DNA from: a virus
Direction: 5' to 3' (one strand)
Length of the DNA stretch: 64,000 nt
Virus record (IMG/VR): IMGVR_UViG_3300042862_000066
Span: 1 to 64,000 of that record
Shown piece after piece: positions 1-8,370 of this stretch. Positions within the stretch are counted from its first letter, which is position 1. Each line of letters begins with the position of its first letter. A model generated the notes under the pieces. The model was given only the letters and a program-made list of their open reading frames with translations, was not told where the DNA came from and did not search any database. The position numbers and the translations under genes were made by a program.

Positions 1-141
1 GAAAGAGAGGAGGTAGCCAAGCAAATGGAGAAGGAGCAGATTATTGATGCAAGACAAGATGGTATTGATGCTGTGTTTAAAGGATATTCAATAAGTAATG
101 AGGAATACTACAACGAAACTTACGGAGGTCAAGATGAATAA
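1..141 (+). CDS. 5'-truncated small protein, paralogue of the next gene (AKQMEKEQI...YYNETYGGQDE family)
   Basis: Frame 1 reads EREEVAKQMEKEQIIDARQDGIDAVFKGYSISNEEYYNETYGGQDE* and shares two motifs with 134..361. Not in the ORF track. Confidence 0.8.
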   Translation, partial: EREEVAKQMEKEQIIDARQDGIDAVFKGYSISNEEYYNETYGGQDE

Positions 142-357
142 ACAAACTGCGGTTGAATGGTTGGAAAGTCAAATCAATCTTGGATTATCTGAAAGAGGTT
201 TAATAAGTGCTTTTAAAGAAGCCAAGCAAATGGAGAAGGAGCAGATAGAAATTGCATTTGCTAAATCATATTTAATTGGTTGTGAAGAAGTCAGTTATAA
301 TGATGCAAACAAAGCATCTGAGAACTACTTCAATGAAACTTACGGAGGTCAAGATGA
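15..357 (+). repeat. two direct-repeat blocks shared by the tandem paralogues
   Basis: AGCCAAGCAAATGGAGAAGGAGCAGAT at 15-41 and 220-246; GAAACTTACGGAGGTCAAGATGA at 115-137 and 335-357. Confidence 0.95.
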
Positions 358-361
358 GTAA
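134..361 (+). CDS. small phage protein of the QTAVEWL/AKQMEKEQI tandem family
   Basis: ATG134 overlaps the upstream stop and follows GGAGG; MNKQTAVEWL...AKQMEKEQI...YFNETYGGQDE. Confidence 0.8.
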   Translation: MNKQTAVEWLESQINLGLSERGLISAFKEAKQMEKEQIEIAFAKSYLIGCEEVSYNDANKASENYFNETYGGQDE

Positions 362-437
362 GTAATTATGGCTCATTCTTGTATGTATGATTATTTTGTT
401 GTACATTGTACATGTATTAACATATAATCATACGTAC

Positions 438-1055
438 ATGAGCTCATTTAAACAAACACTTATTTTTAAAGCGGGTGGTATCCTAAAAACCCGTAAAGGT
501 GAAGAAACAAACTGGACATACTTAGAGGATGTATCAAAAAATGGTACCACAGGTAAACGTTATATTAAAGCAAAATGTAAATGTGGTAGATTGAAAACCA
601 TATGTCTTAATAATATAAGAAATGGTAACAGTAGTTCTTGTGGATTATCTCCTTGTAGAGGAACTGAAAGAGATAAAGATCCTGATGTGGGTCATAGAGC
701 TATCCTATATGTATACAAAAAACATGCTCGCGATAGAGGGTTTAGTTTTGAGTTAGACTCTGATTATTTTAAAGAGCTTACACAAAAAAACTGTAACTAC
801 TGCGGTATTGAACCTATACAAGTTTATCAATTAAAGAATCCTAAAACTGGTAAATTAAGATCTGGTGTACCCATATTATACAATGGTATAGATAGGGTAG
901 ACTCTTCTAAAGGTTACACTAAAGAAAACGTTGTAACCTGCTGTAAAGTTTGTAACAGAGCAAAAAGTAATATGAGTCTAGAAGACTTTAAAAATTGGAT
1001 TATGAAAGTACATTTGATAACAATTAAAAAATTAACAGTATGTCCCACCCTATAG
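438..1055 (+). CDS. free-standing HNH homing endonuclease
   Basis: N-terminal CKCG...SCG zinc module, CNYCG, and a GIDRVDSSKGYTKENVVTCCKVCNRAK HNH core. ATG438 is preferred over ATG387. Confidence 0.85.
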   Translation: MSSFKQTLIFKAGGILKTRKGEETNWTYLEDVSKNGTTGKRYIKAKCKCGRLKTICLNNIRNGNSSSCGLSPCRGTERDKDPDVGHRAILYVYKKHARDRGFSFELDSDYFKELTQKNCNYCGIEPIQVYQLKNPKTGKLRSGVPILYNGIDRVDSSKGYTKENVVTCCKVCNRAKSNMSLEDFKNWIMKVHLITIKKLTVCPTL

Positions 1056-1381
1056 AGCACGCCAAATCCGCAGCAAGGCGGTGGGGAGGAACCTGGGAAG
1101 AATACATCCATATTGAGGAGTGGTTTGATGCTACTAAGGCCTGGTATGGTCACAGTATGCATAGATTATTTAGGCACCACAGTGAAGGTATCTTTGAATG
1201 TGAAAAGGTCTTCGGACCTTTTTTTGTTAACTCAGTAGGTAAAAAAGTTATGACTCGCTATGTAGGTGAGCAACATGTAAAAGAAGATTGCAATGGTTAT
1301 CTACCAAGTGCAAAGGAGTGGATTACTAATATGAATACCCCTCCGGTATGGATGTTAAAAACTTTAAAAATAGAAGACTAA
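1040..1381 (+). CDS. conserved His-rich phage protein (DUF6915-like)
   Basis: HPIEHAKSAARRWGG...IEEWFDATK...HRLFRHHSEGIFECE...VGEQHVKEDC pattern. Confidence 0.7.
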   Translation: MSHPIEHAKSAARRWGGTWEEYIHIEEWFDATKAWYGHSMHRLFRHHSEGIFECEKVFGPFFVNSVGKKVMTRYVGEQHVKEDCNGYLPSAKEWITNMNTPPVWMLKTLKIED

Positions 1382-1788
1382 TGGGAGAAGTATTTAAACT
1401 TGATGAGACAACGTATAAGAACTTGTTGTCAATGGCTAAGTCTGTGGATAAAGAGAACCATGTTGTTGTTAAGAATCTTATTGACTCCTCAGATATTGAG
1501 GCTAACTTGCCTTACATACTTATGTTATATAAGGAAGCTGGCTATAAGAATATAAATCTTGAACAAGATACCATAGAAAAGATAAAGAGCTTTACTGGTA
1601 TTACTTACGGTAATGCATTAACCTGGAATCATATGTATGAGATTCTTCACAAGACTGTGAATGTGAATCCTATAGCTATGGCATTCTTTATTAACAGATT
1701 TGCAGAAGAATTAGGGAGGCAATTAGAAACTGCCGGTTTTACATTCATGGAGAAATACCAACTAACATTAATACCTAAAGGTAAATGA
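1381..1788 (+). CDS. hypothetical protein; stand-alone copy of the helical domain shared with 4167..5279 and 5282..6406
   Basis: ATG1381 overlaps the upstream TAA; LDETTYKNLLSMAKSVDKENHVVV motif. Confidence 0.75.
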   Translation: MGEVFKLDETTYKNLLSMAKSVDKENHVVVKNLIDSSDIEANLPYILMLYKEAGYKNINLEQDTIEKIKSFTGITYGNALTWNHMYEILHKTVNVNPIAMAFFINRFAEELGRQLETAGFTFMEKYQLTLIPKGK

Positions 1789-2972
1789 CAAAACAAGATA
1801 GTCTAGCTAAAGCTAGCAAAGAACTAATGTTGAAGGAGCCTTTCTATGGGCTCTTTCTTATTGGACTAAATAAATTATGGAGCAAGCGTGTTCCTACTGC
1901 TGGTGTATGCAGACATAATATAAACTTCCAGTTGATAATCAATGAGGAGTTTTGGGAAAGCTTAAGTCCTGAGCATCAGATAGGTCTACTGAAGCATGAG
2001 TTATTGCATATTGCATTCTTTCATCTTACTATACATAATGATTTTCCAGATAAGAAACTTGCTAACATAGCAATGGACTTGGAGATTAATCAGTATATAG
2101 ATGCACAGTATCTTCCTGACGGTGGTTGCACTATTGACAATGAGATGTTTGCACCTATGAATCTTCCTAAGAAGGCTGGCTGTAGAGAGTATTATAACTT
2201 ACTACAACAGCAGTTGAATAATGGAAACAGTGCTTTACAAGACATGCTTGATCGTGCAAAGATGGGAGAGGCCTTAGATAAAAACGGTAACCCTATTCCT
2301 AATCATGATACATGGGATGACTTCAAAGACTTGAGTGAGGCTGAACAGAAGCTTATTCAAAAGCAAGTTGAGCATCAGCTTAAAGAAATTGCAGAACAAA
2401 TAGAAAAGTCTAGAGGTCATGTACCTGGGGAACTCAAGGGTTTGCTAGACAAGCTTAACAGTAGTGAGCCAGCTAAGTTTGACTGGAAGTCTTATCTTAG
2501 AAGGTTTACTGGTGGTAGTCAGAAAGTATTTACTAAGAAGTTGAGACGTAAGTTTAATAAAAGATTTGAGGATAACCCTGGTCTTAAGATTAAATACCGT
2601 AAGCACATCTTAGTTGCTGTAGATACTAGCGGTTCCGTTAGTGATAAAGAAGTACAAGAGTTCTTCCATGAGATAGATCATATCCATAAGACAGGTGCAG
2701 AGATAACTATTGCGCAATGTGATTCAAGAATTCAACATGTTGGTCCATATAAAGCTGGAGACAAGATTGAACTTCATGGACGCGGAGGTACTGCGTTTGA
2801 TCCTATTATTGAACTGTATAATAATAACCAAGATAAATATACTTGTCTAGTATATCTAACTGATGGTGAATGTGATTGTAGTGTAAAGCCTGTTGGCAAA
2901 TTATTGTGGGTAATCTCTACCCGTGGCAGTATAAACAAAGACCTACCGGGTCCACAAATTAAATTAAACTAA
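1785..2972 (+). CDS. metallopeptidase-like + VWA domain protein (DUF2201 type)
   Basis: HELLH zincin motif, ANIAMDLEIN, MIDAS DTSGS, GRGGT and LTDG. Confidence 0.9.
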   Translation: MTKQDSLAKASKELMLKEPFYGLFLIGLNKLWSKRVPTAGVCRHNINFQLIINEEFWESLSPEHQIGLLKHELLHIAFFHLTIHNDFPDKKLANIAMDLEINQYIDAQYLPDGGCTIDNEMFAPMNLPKKAGCREYYNLLQQQLNNGNSALQDMLDRAKMGEALDKNGNPIPNHDTWDDFKDLSEAEQKLIQKQVEHQLKEIAEQIEKSRGHVPGELKGLLDKLNSSEPAKFDWKSYLRRFTGGSQKVFTKKLRRKFNKRFEDNPGLKIKYRKHILVAVDTSGSVSDKEVQEFFHEIDHIHKTGAEITIAQCDSRIQHVGPYKAGDKIELHGRGGTAFDPIIELYNNNQDKYTCLVYLTDGECDCSVKPVGKLLWVISTRGSINKDLPGPQIKLN

Positions 2973-2976
2973 GAGT

Positions 2977-4167
2977 ATGAGCGCAAATCAAGTTAACTTA
3001 AACACAGACGAGTTGAAGACCTTCATTGGTCACATTGTAAAGAATAATCAACATATTCAAACTGAAGGAAAGATTCCTGTAGCAGTAAACATTGAGGGTG
3101 AGGCAGGTATTGGTAAGACCACTACCATTTTGCAGATTGGTAAAGAGCTAGGACTAGATGTAGTTAAGTTAAACCTTGCTCAGATCGAGGAGTTAGGTGA
3201 CCTTACTGGTTTTCCTATTAAAGAATTTGAAGTAGTTAAGACTGCCGATGATGGAAAGAAGATAGCCAAGTGGGTACCTGAGAACATCATGCCTATGTAT
3301 ATTCAGAATAAGTATGTTCCTAGTGGAGATAAGCGCATGGGTTATGCAGCTCCAGAGTGGATTCAAGGTAAAGAAGAAGGTGGTATCTTAATCTTAGATG
3401 ACTACAGTCGTGCTGACCAAAGATTTACTCAAGCGGCTATGGAATTGATTGACCGTCAGAAGTATATCTCATGGGAGTTACCAAAGAACTGGCATATTGT
3501 ATTGACTAGTAATCCAGATAATGGTGACTATCAAGTAACATCTATGGATGCTGCTCAGAAGACTCGCTTTATTACAGCTTACTTGAAGTTTGATGCAGAT
3601 TGCTGGGCTCGTTGGGCAGAGCAGAATAACATTGACTCTCGTTGTATTAACTTTTTGTTGATGCATCCTGAGTTGGTTACACAGACTACTAATGCTCGTA
3701 GCATTACCACCTTCTTTAACTCTATCTCTAGTATAGAGAACTTTGAGCAGGACTTACCGCTTATCCAAATGATTGGTGAGGGTAGTGTAGGTAGCGAGTT
3801 TGCTACTCTATTTACTACGTTCATTAACAATAAGTTAGATAAGTTAATTACTCCTAAGGACATGTTGACTAACAACAGCTGGGAGTATGTTAAAGGTCAG
3901 ATGAATAACTGTGTTGGTAAGGATGATGCATACCGTGCAGACATAGCTAGTATCCTAGCGTTGCGCTTCACTAACTATGCTGTTCACTATAGCACAGATA
4001 ACAATGTAGATCAGAAGATCATTGACCGTGTTACCAACTTCATCACTGACAAGGACATCTTCACTAATGACTTGAAGTATGCTCTTATCAAGGGTATCCT
4101 TAACGGAAGTAAGAAGTTCACCAAGTTAATGTTAAATGCTAACATCGCTGCTATTGCAGTTAAGTAA
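2977..4167 (+). CDS. MoxR/AAA_5-like AAA+ ATPase
   Basis: Walker A GEAGIGKT, Walker B ILILDD, sensor TSNP, MDAAQKTRF arginine finger; adjacent to the VWA gene. Confidence 0.88.
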   Translation: MSANQVNLNTDELKTFIGHIVKNNQHIQTEGKIPVAVNIEGEAGIGKTTTILQIGKELGLDVVKLNLAQIEELGDLTGFPIKEFEVVKTADDGKKIAKWVPENIMPMYIQNKYVPSGDKRMGYAAPEWIQGKEEGGILILDDYSRADQRFTQAAMELIDRQKYISWELPKNWHIVLTSNPDNGDYQVTSMDAAQKTRFITAYLKFDADCWARWAEQNNIDSRCINFLLMHPELVTQTTNARSITTFFNSISSIENFEQDLPLIQMIGEGSVGSEFATLFTTFINNKLDKLITPKDMLTNNSWEYVKGQMNNCVGKDDAYRADIASILALRFTNYAVHYSTDNNVDQKIIDRVTNFITDKDIFTNDLKYALIKGILNGSKKFTKLMLNANIAAIAVK

Positions 4168-5279
4168 TGAAAATGGATTTGAATCTCGGTAATGTAACAG
4201 ACACCATGCTGAAGCAGTTACCATTTATTAAAGGAAAGGTAAGATATGCCAGTGTGGATAGGAAGCATAAACCACTTCCTCATACCTGGCTGTATACTGT
4301 AGATGATGATTCAGTAGATAAGATTAATGCACTCCTCAAGGGGGGTGCATTAGTTTCTCTACCTGCTAAATCTAAAGGGTACGTAATACCCGGTTGTAAA
4401 TATAGTGTTGGTCAATTGAGAGACATTGCTCGTATAAATAACTGGATCATTACTAATGATGCTTCTAAAGCAGATTTCTTTATTGGTCATAGTAATAATG
4501 TGAGCAGAGGTAATGCAGATCAGCAAGTTCCTAATGCTCTCATAGCTAGCGCTTGTCCTGTAATGAAGTATGATATTACTGATTTTTTTAGTAGGGACAA
4601 AATAAAACTAAAAGGTGGTGTCTTCAATACTATAACGGATACTGAGAGCTGGATGGTATTTTCTAAATCATACTACACTTACTATGATTCTTGGTCACCG
4701 TTGTATAATAACGAATGGACATATAACTTCTTGCATCCAAGAACTGTGGAGATGCTATACCGTATTCTATCTATGAAGACCCCTGTTATAGATGAGGACC
4801 TAGTTTTCAATTCTATAGAGCGTGTTACTATAGATGAGTCTGTATATCAAACCTTACAGAGTATGTTTAATTCTGATATGGATAATCGCAAAGTTGCTGC
4901 AGAAATGGTGTTCAATTGTAACTATGAGACCTCTATGTATTATATCTATAAACTTGTTAAGGAAGACTATTATCAAGTAGTAAATGCAATGGCTAATCCT
5001 AATGTTAATATTATGTCTAACAAGTGTGAATTTAATACTCTTAGATATACTAGTTATGCTGATGCTATAAAGATGTTTCTTAAGAAGGGTATGTTAACTG
5101 AGGAGATATATGATAATCTTATCTATGATATAATTGAAGAGCGGGTTAAAGATGCTATACCTGAGGATGTGAGGAAGTATGTAAATCTAACACCCTCCTG
5201 GACCAAGACTTACCAAGAGTTTATGGAGGAAAATAAACCTAAAGAGGAGCCTAAACCTGAGGCACCATTACCATTTTAA
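4167..5279 (+). CDS. hypothetical protein (BRCT-like segment + shared helical domain), paralogue of 5282..6406
   Basis: 370-aa ORF coupled to the ATPase by TAATG; IDESVYQTLQSMFNSDMDNRKVA...CNYE. Confidence 0.75.
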   Translation: MKMDLNLGNVTDTMLKQLPFIKGKVRYASVDRKHKPLPHTWLYTVDDDSVDKINALLKGGALVSLPAKSKGYVIPGCKYSVGQLRDIARINNWIITNDASKADFFIGHSNNVSRGNADQQVPNALIASACPVMKYDITDFFSRDKIKLKGGVFNTITDTESWMVFSKSYYTYYDSWSPLYNNEWTYNFLHPRTVEMLYRILSMKTPVIDEDLVFNSIERVTIDESVYQTLQSMFNSDMDNRKVAAEMVFNCNYETSMYYIYKLVKEDYYQVVNAMANPNVNIMSNKCEFNTLRYTSYADAIKMFLKKGMLTEEIYDNLIYDIIEERVKDAIPEDVRKYVNLTPSWTKTYQEFMEENKPKEEPKPEAPLPF

Positions 5280-5281
5280 TT

Positions 5282-6406
5282 ATGATACAAGAACAACTAA
5301 CACTTACTGTAAGTAATAATCAGTTAGAGCTTATACCTAGCCGCGTACTAGTAGATGGTAAAGGAAAATACCTACATTATCGCTGGCACGAGAATGAGTA
5401 TCTAAAAGTATTCAAGCAGGCAACTGCTGATAAGAAACTAGATCTTACCAATGTAAAAACAATATACTTTGCACCTAAGTGCAGTATTCCTAGAGATAAG
5501 GCCAAGCCTTTCTTGGAGGAAAAGAAGATCAAGACTGTTAGAGATAGAGATACTGCAGATATTATTATTGCGAGTACAGATTCTATAGATGCAGGTCTAG
5601 ATACAAAGCACCTATATTATGTAGAGACTTCTGATATAATTCCATTTGCTAATGGTTTTAAAATTGGTAGTAATGTGCATAATCTTACAGAGAGGTTAGC
5701 TACTTATACAGGTAAGCATGTCATTGTAGATAGAGGTGCTGTATCTGCATTTTATATAAGTAATTATACTAACCCCCTTAAAACTCTTTATGGTCATGTC
5801 ATAAGTGGTAAATCATTTCAAAGTGGAGACTATCACGGTGAGTATATAACAACTGTTATAGATGACTTCTTACTTGATAGTTCAAATCTTAGTAATGTTT
5901 ATTCACAAGAAGTATTCAACAATCTTATTGGTGACACAGTTATTGATAGAGGTGCCTTTGAATCTTTGAGAACTATGCTGACCAGTATGGATAAAGATAA
6001 TCACTTAGTTGCTATGACCATTATGGCCGGTTGTAACTATGAGAAAAGCTTTGTTTATCTAGCATTACTCCTTGAGGAATTTGGTAGAAACGCTATCTAT
6101 AACCACAAGTATAGAAACACTGTAGGCTTTAAGTCTTTGACTAACTGGCTTGGTTATAACAAGTACCGTTGGGATAAAGATGCTATCCTGGATGTATCTA
6201 TAGAGAAGGAGTTGTTAACTCAAGAACTATTGGATACTGTTAAGGCTAGTGTATTAGATGGGTCTAGAACTTTTAGTGACAACTTTGAGGTTGTAGATAT
6301 TAGATTAACTGCAGAGATGCAAGCTAAGGTAGATAAACTTTTAAATAAACAAGATGATAGATTTCCAAGCGGAGGAGAACTTCTACAAGAAGAAGTTTCA
6401 CTTTAG
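5282..6406 (+). CDS. hypothetical protein (BRCT-like segment + shared helical domain), paralogue of 4167..5279
   Basis: 374-aa ORF; IDRGAFESLRTMLTSMDKDNHLVA...CNYE. Confidence 0.75.
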   Translation: MIQEQLTLTVSNNQLELIPSRVLVDGKGKYLHYRWHENEYLKVFKQATADKKLDLTNVKTIYFAPKCSIPRDKAKPFLEEKKIKTVRDRDTADIIIASTDSIDAGLDTKHLYYVETSDIIPFANGFKIGSNVHNLTERLATYTGKHVIVDRGAVSAFYISNYTNPLKTLYGHVISGKSFQSGDYHGEYITTVIDDFLLDSSNLSNVYSQEVFNNLIGDTVIDRGAFESLRTMLTSMDKDNHLVAMTIMAGCNYEKSFVYLALLLEEFGRNAIYNHKYRNTVGFKSLTNWLGYNKYRWDKDAILDVSIEKELLTQELLDTVKASVLDGSRTFSDNFEVVDIRLTAEMQAKVDKLLNKQDDRFPSGGELLQEEVSL

Positions 6407-7322
6407 TTATTCCGGGTTCAACAAGTTATTGTTTGCCCCGAGTGCGTTTTATAAACACTATATCCTGAACCAAAGAGAGGACAAGATGGAGCAGCACCTG
6501 ATTGAAGGTAGCTTGCTTCACTGTCTTCTCCTAGAGGAGGATAAGTTTCATGAGAAGTATGTAGTGTCCCCGGTAAACTTGCCGGGTGACAGCATTAAGA
6601 ATGTTGTTGATAAAGTTTTTGTAAGAGCTTTGGTAACTAACAATCTTCACTTATCTTTGGAGGAGTTAGAAGATGATATTCTGCAGATATTGCAAGATAT
6701 TAATCTGTATCAGAGTCTCAAGACTGATGCACAAAGAGTTGAGAAAGTAATAACTGACGCAAGTATAAGTTACTACAACTTCTTAGCTACAAAGGGTGAC
6801 AAAGCTGTTATAGACGAGGAAACCCTGAACAAAGTAAAAGGTTATGCTGAGATCGTAAGATCTAATGAGAAGATTACAAGCTTACTCAATATAGGGGGTC
6901 CCTTTAGTATGAGCGAGGTGCCCCTTGTAATGGACACAAAGTATGCCTTTGGTCTTAGAGGTTTTGTAGATAACGTTAACATCGATCATGACGCCAAAGT
7001 GATTTATATTAATGATCTCAAGACTAGTGGAAAACTGTTACAAGATTTCCCGGAGACTGTAGATTATTACAAGTACTGGTTACAAGCTGCAGTGTACTGT
7101 AGATTAGTAAGAGCTAACTATAGCTTAAGTAATTACCAGATTAAGTTTCATTTCATAGTGGTTGACAAGCTTACCCAGTGTTATGCATTTGAAGTTAGTC
7201 AAGTAACACTTAATAGCTGGATGGATAAGCTCGATGAGATAATGAAAATTGCAGACTATCATTATACAAATAGAAAATTTGACTTACCTTATGAGTATGA
7301 GGTAGGTAACGTAATCCTGTAA
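6354..7322 (+). CDS. PD-(D/E)xK exonuclease (RecE/RecB-like)
   Basis: FSYS, GSLLHCLLLE, GFVD...NDLKTS and YWLQAAVY motifs. Confidence 0.8.
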   Translation: MIDFQAEENFYKKKFHFSYSGFNKLLFAPSAFYKHYILNQREDKMEQHLIEGSLLHCLLLEEDKFHEKYVVSPVNLPGDSIKNVVDKVFVRALVTNNLHLSLEELEDDILQILQDINLYQSLKTDAQRVEKVITDASISYYNFLATKGDKAVIDEETLNKVKGYAEIVRSNEKITSLLNIGGPFSMSEVPLVMDTKYAFGLRGFVDNVNIDHDAKVIYINDLKTSGKLLQDFPETVDYYKYWLQAAVYCRLVRANYSLSNYQIKFHFIVVDKLTQCYAFEVSQVTLNSWMDKLDEIMKIADYHYTNRKFDLPYEYEVGNVIL

Positions 7323-7328
7323 AAATAT

Positions 7329-7889
7329 ATGATCAAAACTCTCACAAAAGAATATATCCAAAAGTCTAGGATATTTCTTTATCCCCTACTAGAAATAAAG
7401 AGAGGCTCAGAAGCCACACCTTTAGAGAGTTACATTTCTTGGGACGGTAAGTTTGGACTAGATGATCAAAAGTTAATATGTGTATATAGTTTACGCGAGG
7501 ACGAAGAGTTCAAGCGGTTTGAAAAAACTAATCTATTAGGGCACATGTTTTTTGATTCCTACTACGAATTAGAAAACAATAAGGGAGCGTATGTATTCAA
7601 CATGAAAGAATATAAACATGACTTTAACTGTTTTATGACGGGTAAGTATTCTGAATTTATTAGTACTACAAGAGAAAAGATCATAAGCTTTTTTAAAAGC
7701 AAGCCAGGTAGTAAAGAAATCGTACTGAGTTATCTATATCCAGAAAGATTCTACGATAACTATGCGGACCTATTAGCAGTAAAGGCATCTGTATTGAAAG
7801 AGGTAGGGCAGTTATGTTCTAAACCAGATCTTGATAAAGAAACTTTACATGCAACAGTTAAAGAAGTTGAAATCTTTAATTTTATCTAG
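7329..7889 (+). CDS. hypothetical phage protein
   Basis: 186-aa ORF in operon; no motif recognised. Confidence 0.7.
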   Translation: MIKTLTKEYIQKSRIFLYPLLEIKRGSEATPLESYISWDGKFGLDDQKLICVYSLREDEEFKRFEKTNLLGHMFFDSYYELENNKGAYVFNMKEYKHDFNCFMTGKYSEFISTTREKIISFFKSKPGSKEIVLSYLYPERFYDNYADLLAVKASVLKEVGQLCSKPDLDKETLHATVKEVEIFNFI

Positions 7890-7897
7890 TATATTTG
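7866..7897 (+). promoter_or_regulatory. Bacteroidota sigma70-type promoter (-33 TTG / -7 TAnnTTTG)
   Basis: TTG at 7867-7869, 20-nt spacer, TATATTTG at 7890-7897, ATG at 7915. Confidence 0.6.
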
Positions 7898-7914
7898 AAA
7901 CTTAAAACCAAAGT

Positions 7915-8319
7915 ATGAAAAACATGTTATTAATCCATTCCAATTGGAAGGAAGCAAAGACATTCAAAATGATGCCTGTAGCAGATAACTGCCCGTATCT
8001 TGAATGTATTTATGATGGGCAACTTAAAGTGTTGGCTATTATCAGTAAAAATAAAAAGGATACATTCCATATGTTACCGAAGATTGATCCGAATGGTGAT
8101 CCAGAAATGCGTAAGACTCCGGGAAGAGATGGTAGTCCTTATAAGCAGGAGCGTCGTAGCCAAGAGACATACCAAGAGTATTATCTTGAGGACCTTCGTG
8201 ATATTCAGGAGTTCGTTACGATGTTTGCTGTTAACCATTCTACATTTCCGATAGATACTTATTTTTCTGAGGAAACAAATGTGACGGATGCAAACGTTCC
8301 TACCGAATCTGCTGAATAA
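7915..8319 (+). CDS. hypothetical phage protein
   Basis: 134-aa ORF after an A-rich leader. Confidence 0.7.
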   Translation: MKNMLLIHSNWKEAKTFKMMPVADNCPYLECIYDGQLKVLAIISKNKKDTFHMLPKIDPNGDPEMRKTPGRDGSPYKQERRSQETYQEYYLEDLRDIQEFVTMFAVNHSTFPIDTYFSEETNVTDANVPTESAE

Positions 8320-8339
8320 TTTCAAGCAAATCGTAAATT

Positions 8340-8364
8340 AATGGGGGAGCAATCCCCCATTTTT
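8340..8364 (+). terminator. GCAA-tetraloop hairpin + U tract directly upstream of the DNA polymerase
   Basis: AATGGGGGA-GCAA-TCCCCCATT followed by TTT. Confidence 0.65.
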
Positions 8365-8370
8365 ATCCCT

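Noticed and set aside
15-357. CRISPR array
   Set aside because: Two different repeat blocks, each in only two visible copies, both protein-coding in frame; no cas genes.
368-1048. Group I intron carrying the HNH gene
   Set aside because: Only about 60 nt of non-coding sequence flank the ORF, too little for a ribozyme core, and the downstream gene has its own start.
6354-7322. Cas4 of a CRISPR system
   Set aside because: Lacks the four-Cys Fe-S cluster pattern and any array; fits a phage recombination exonuclease.
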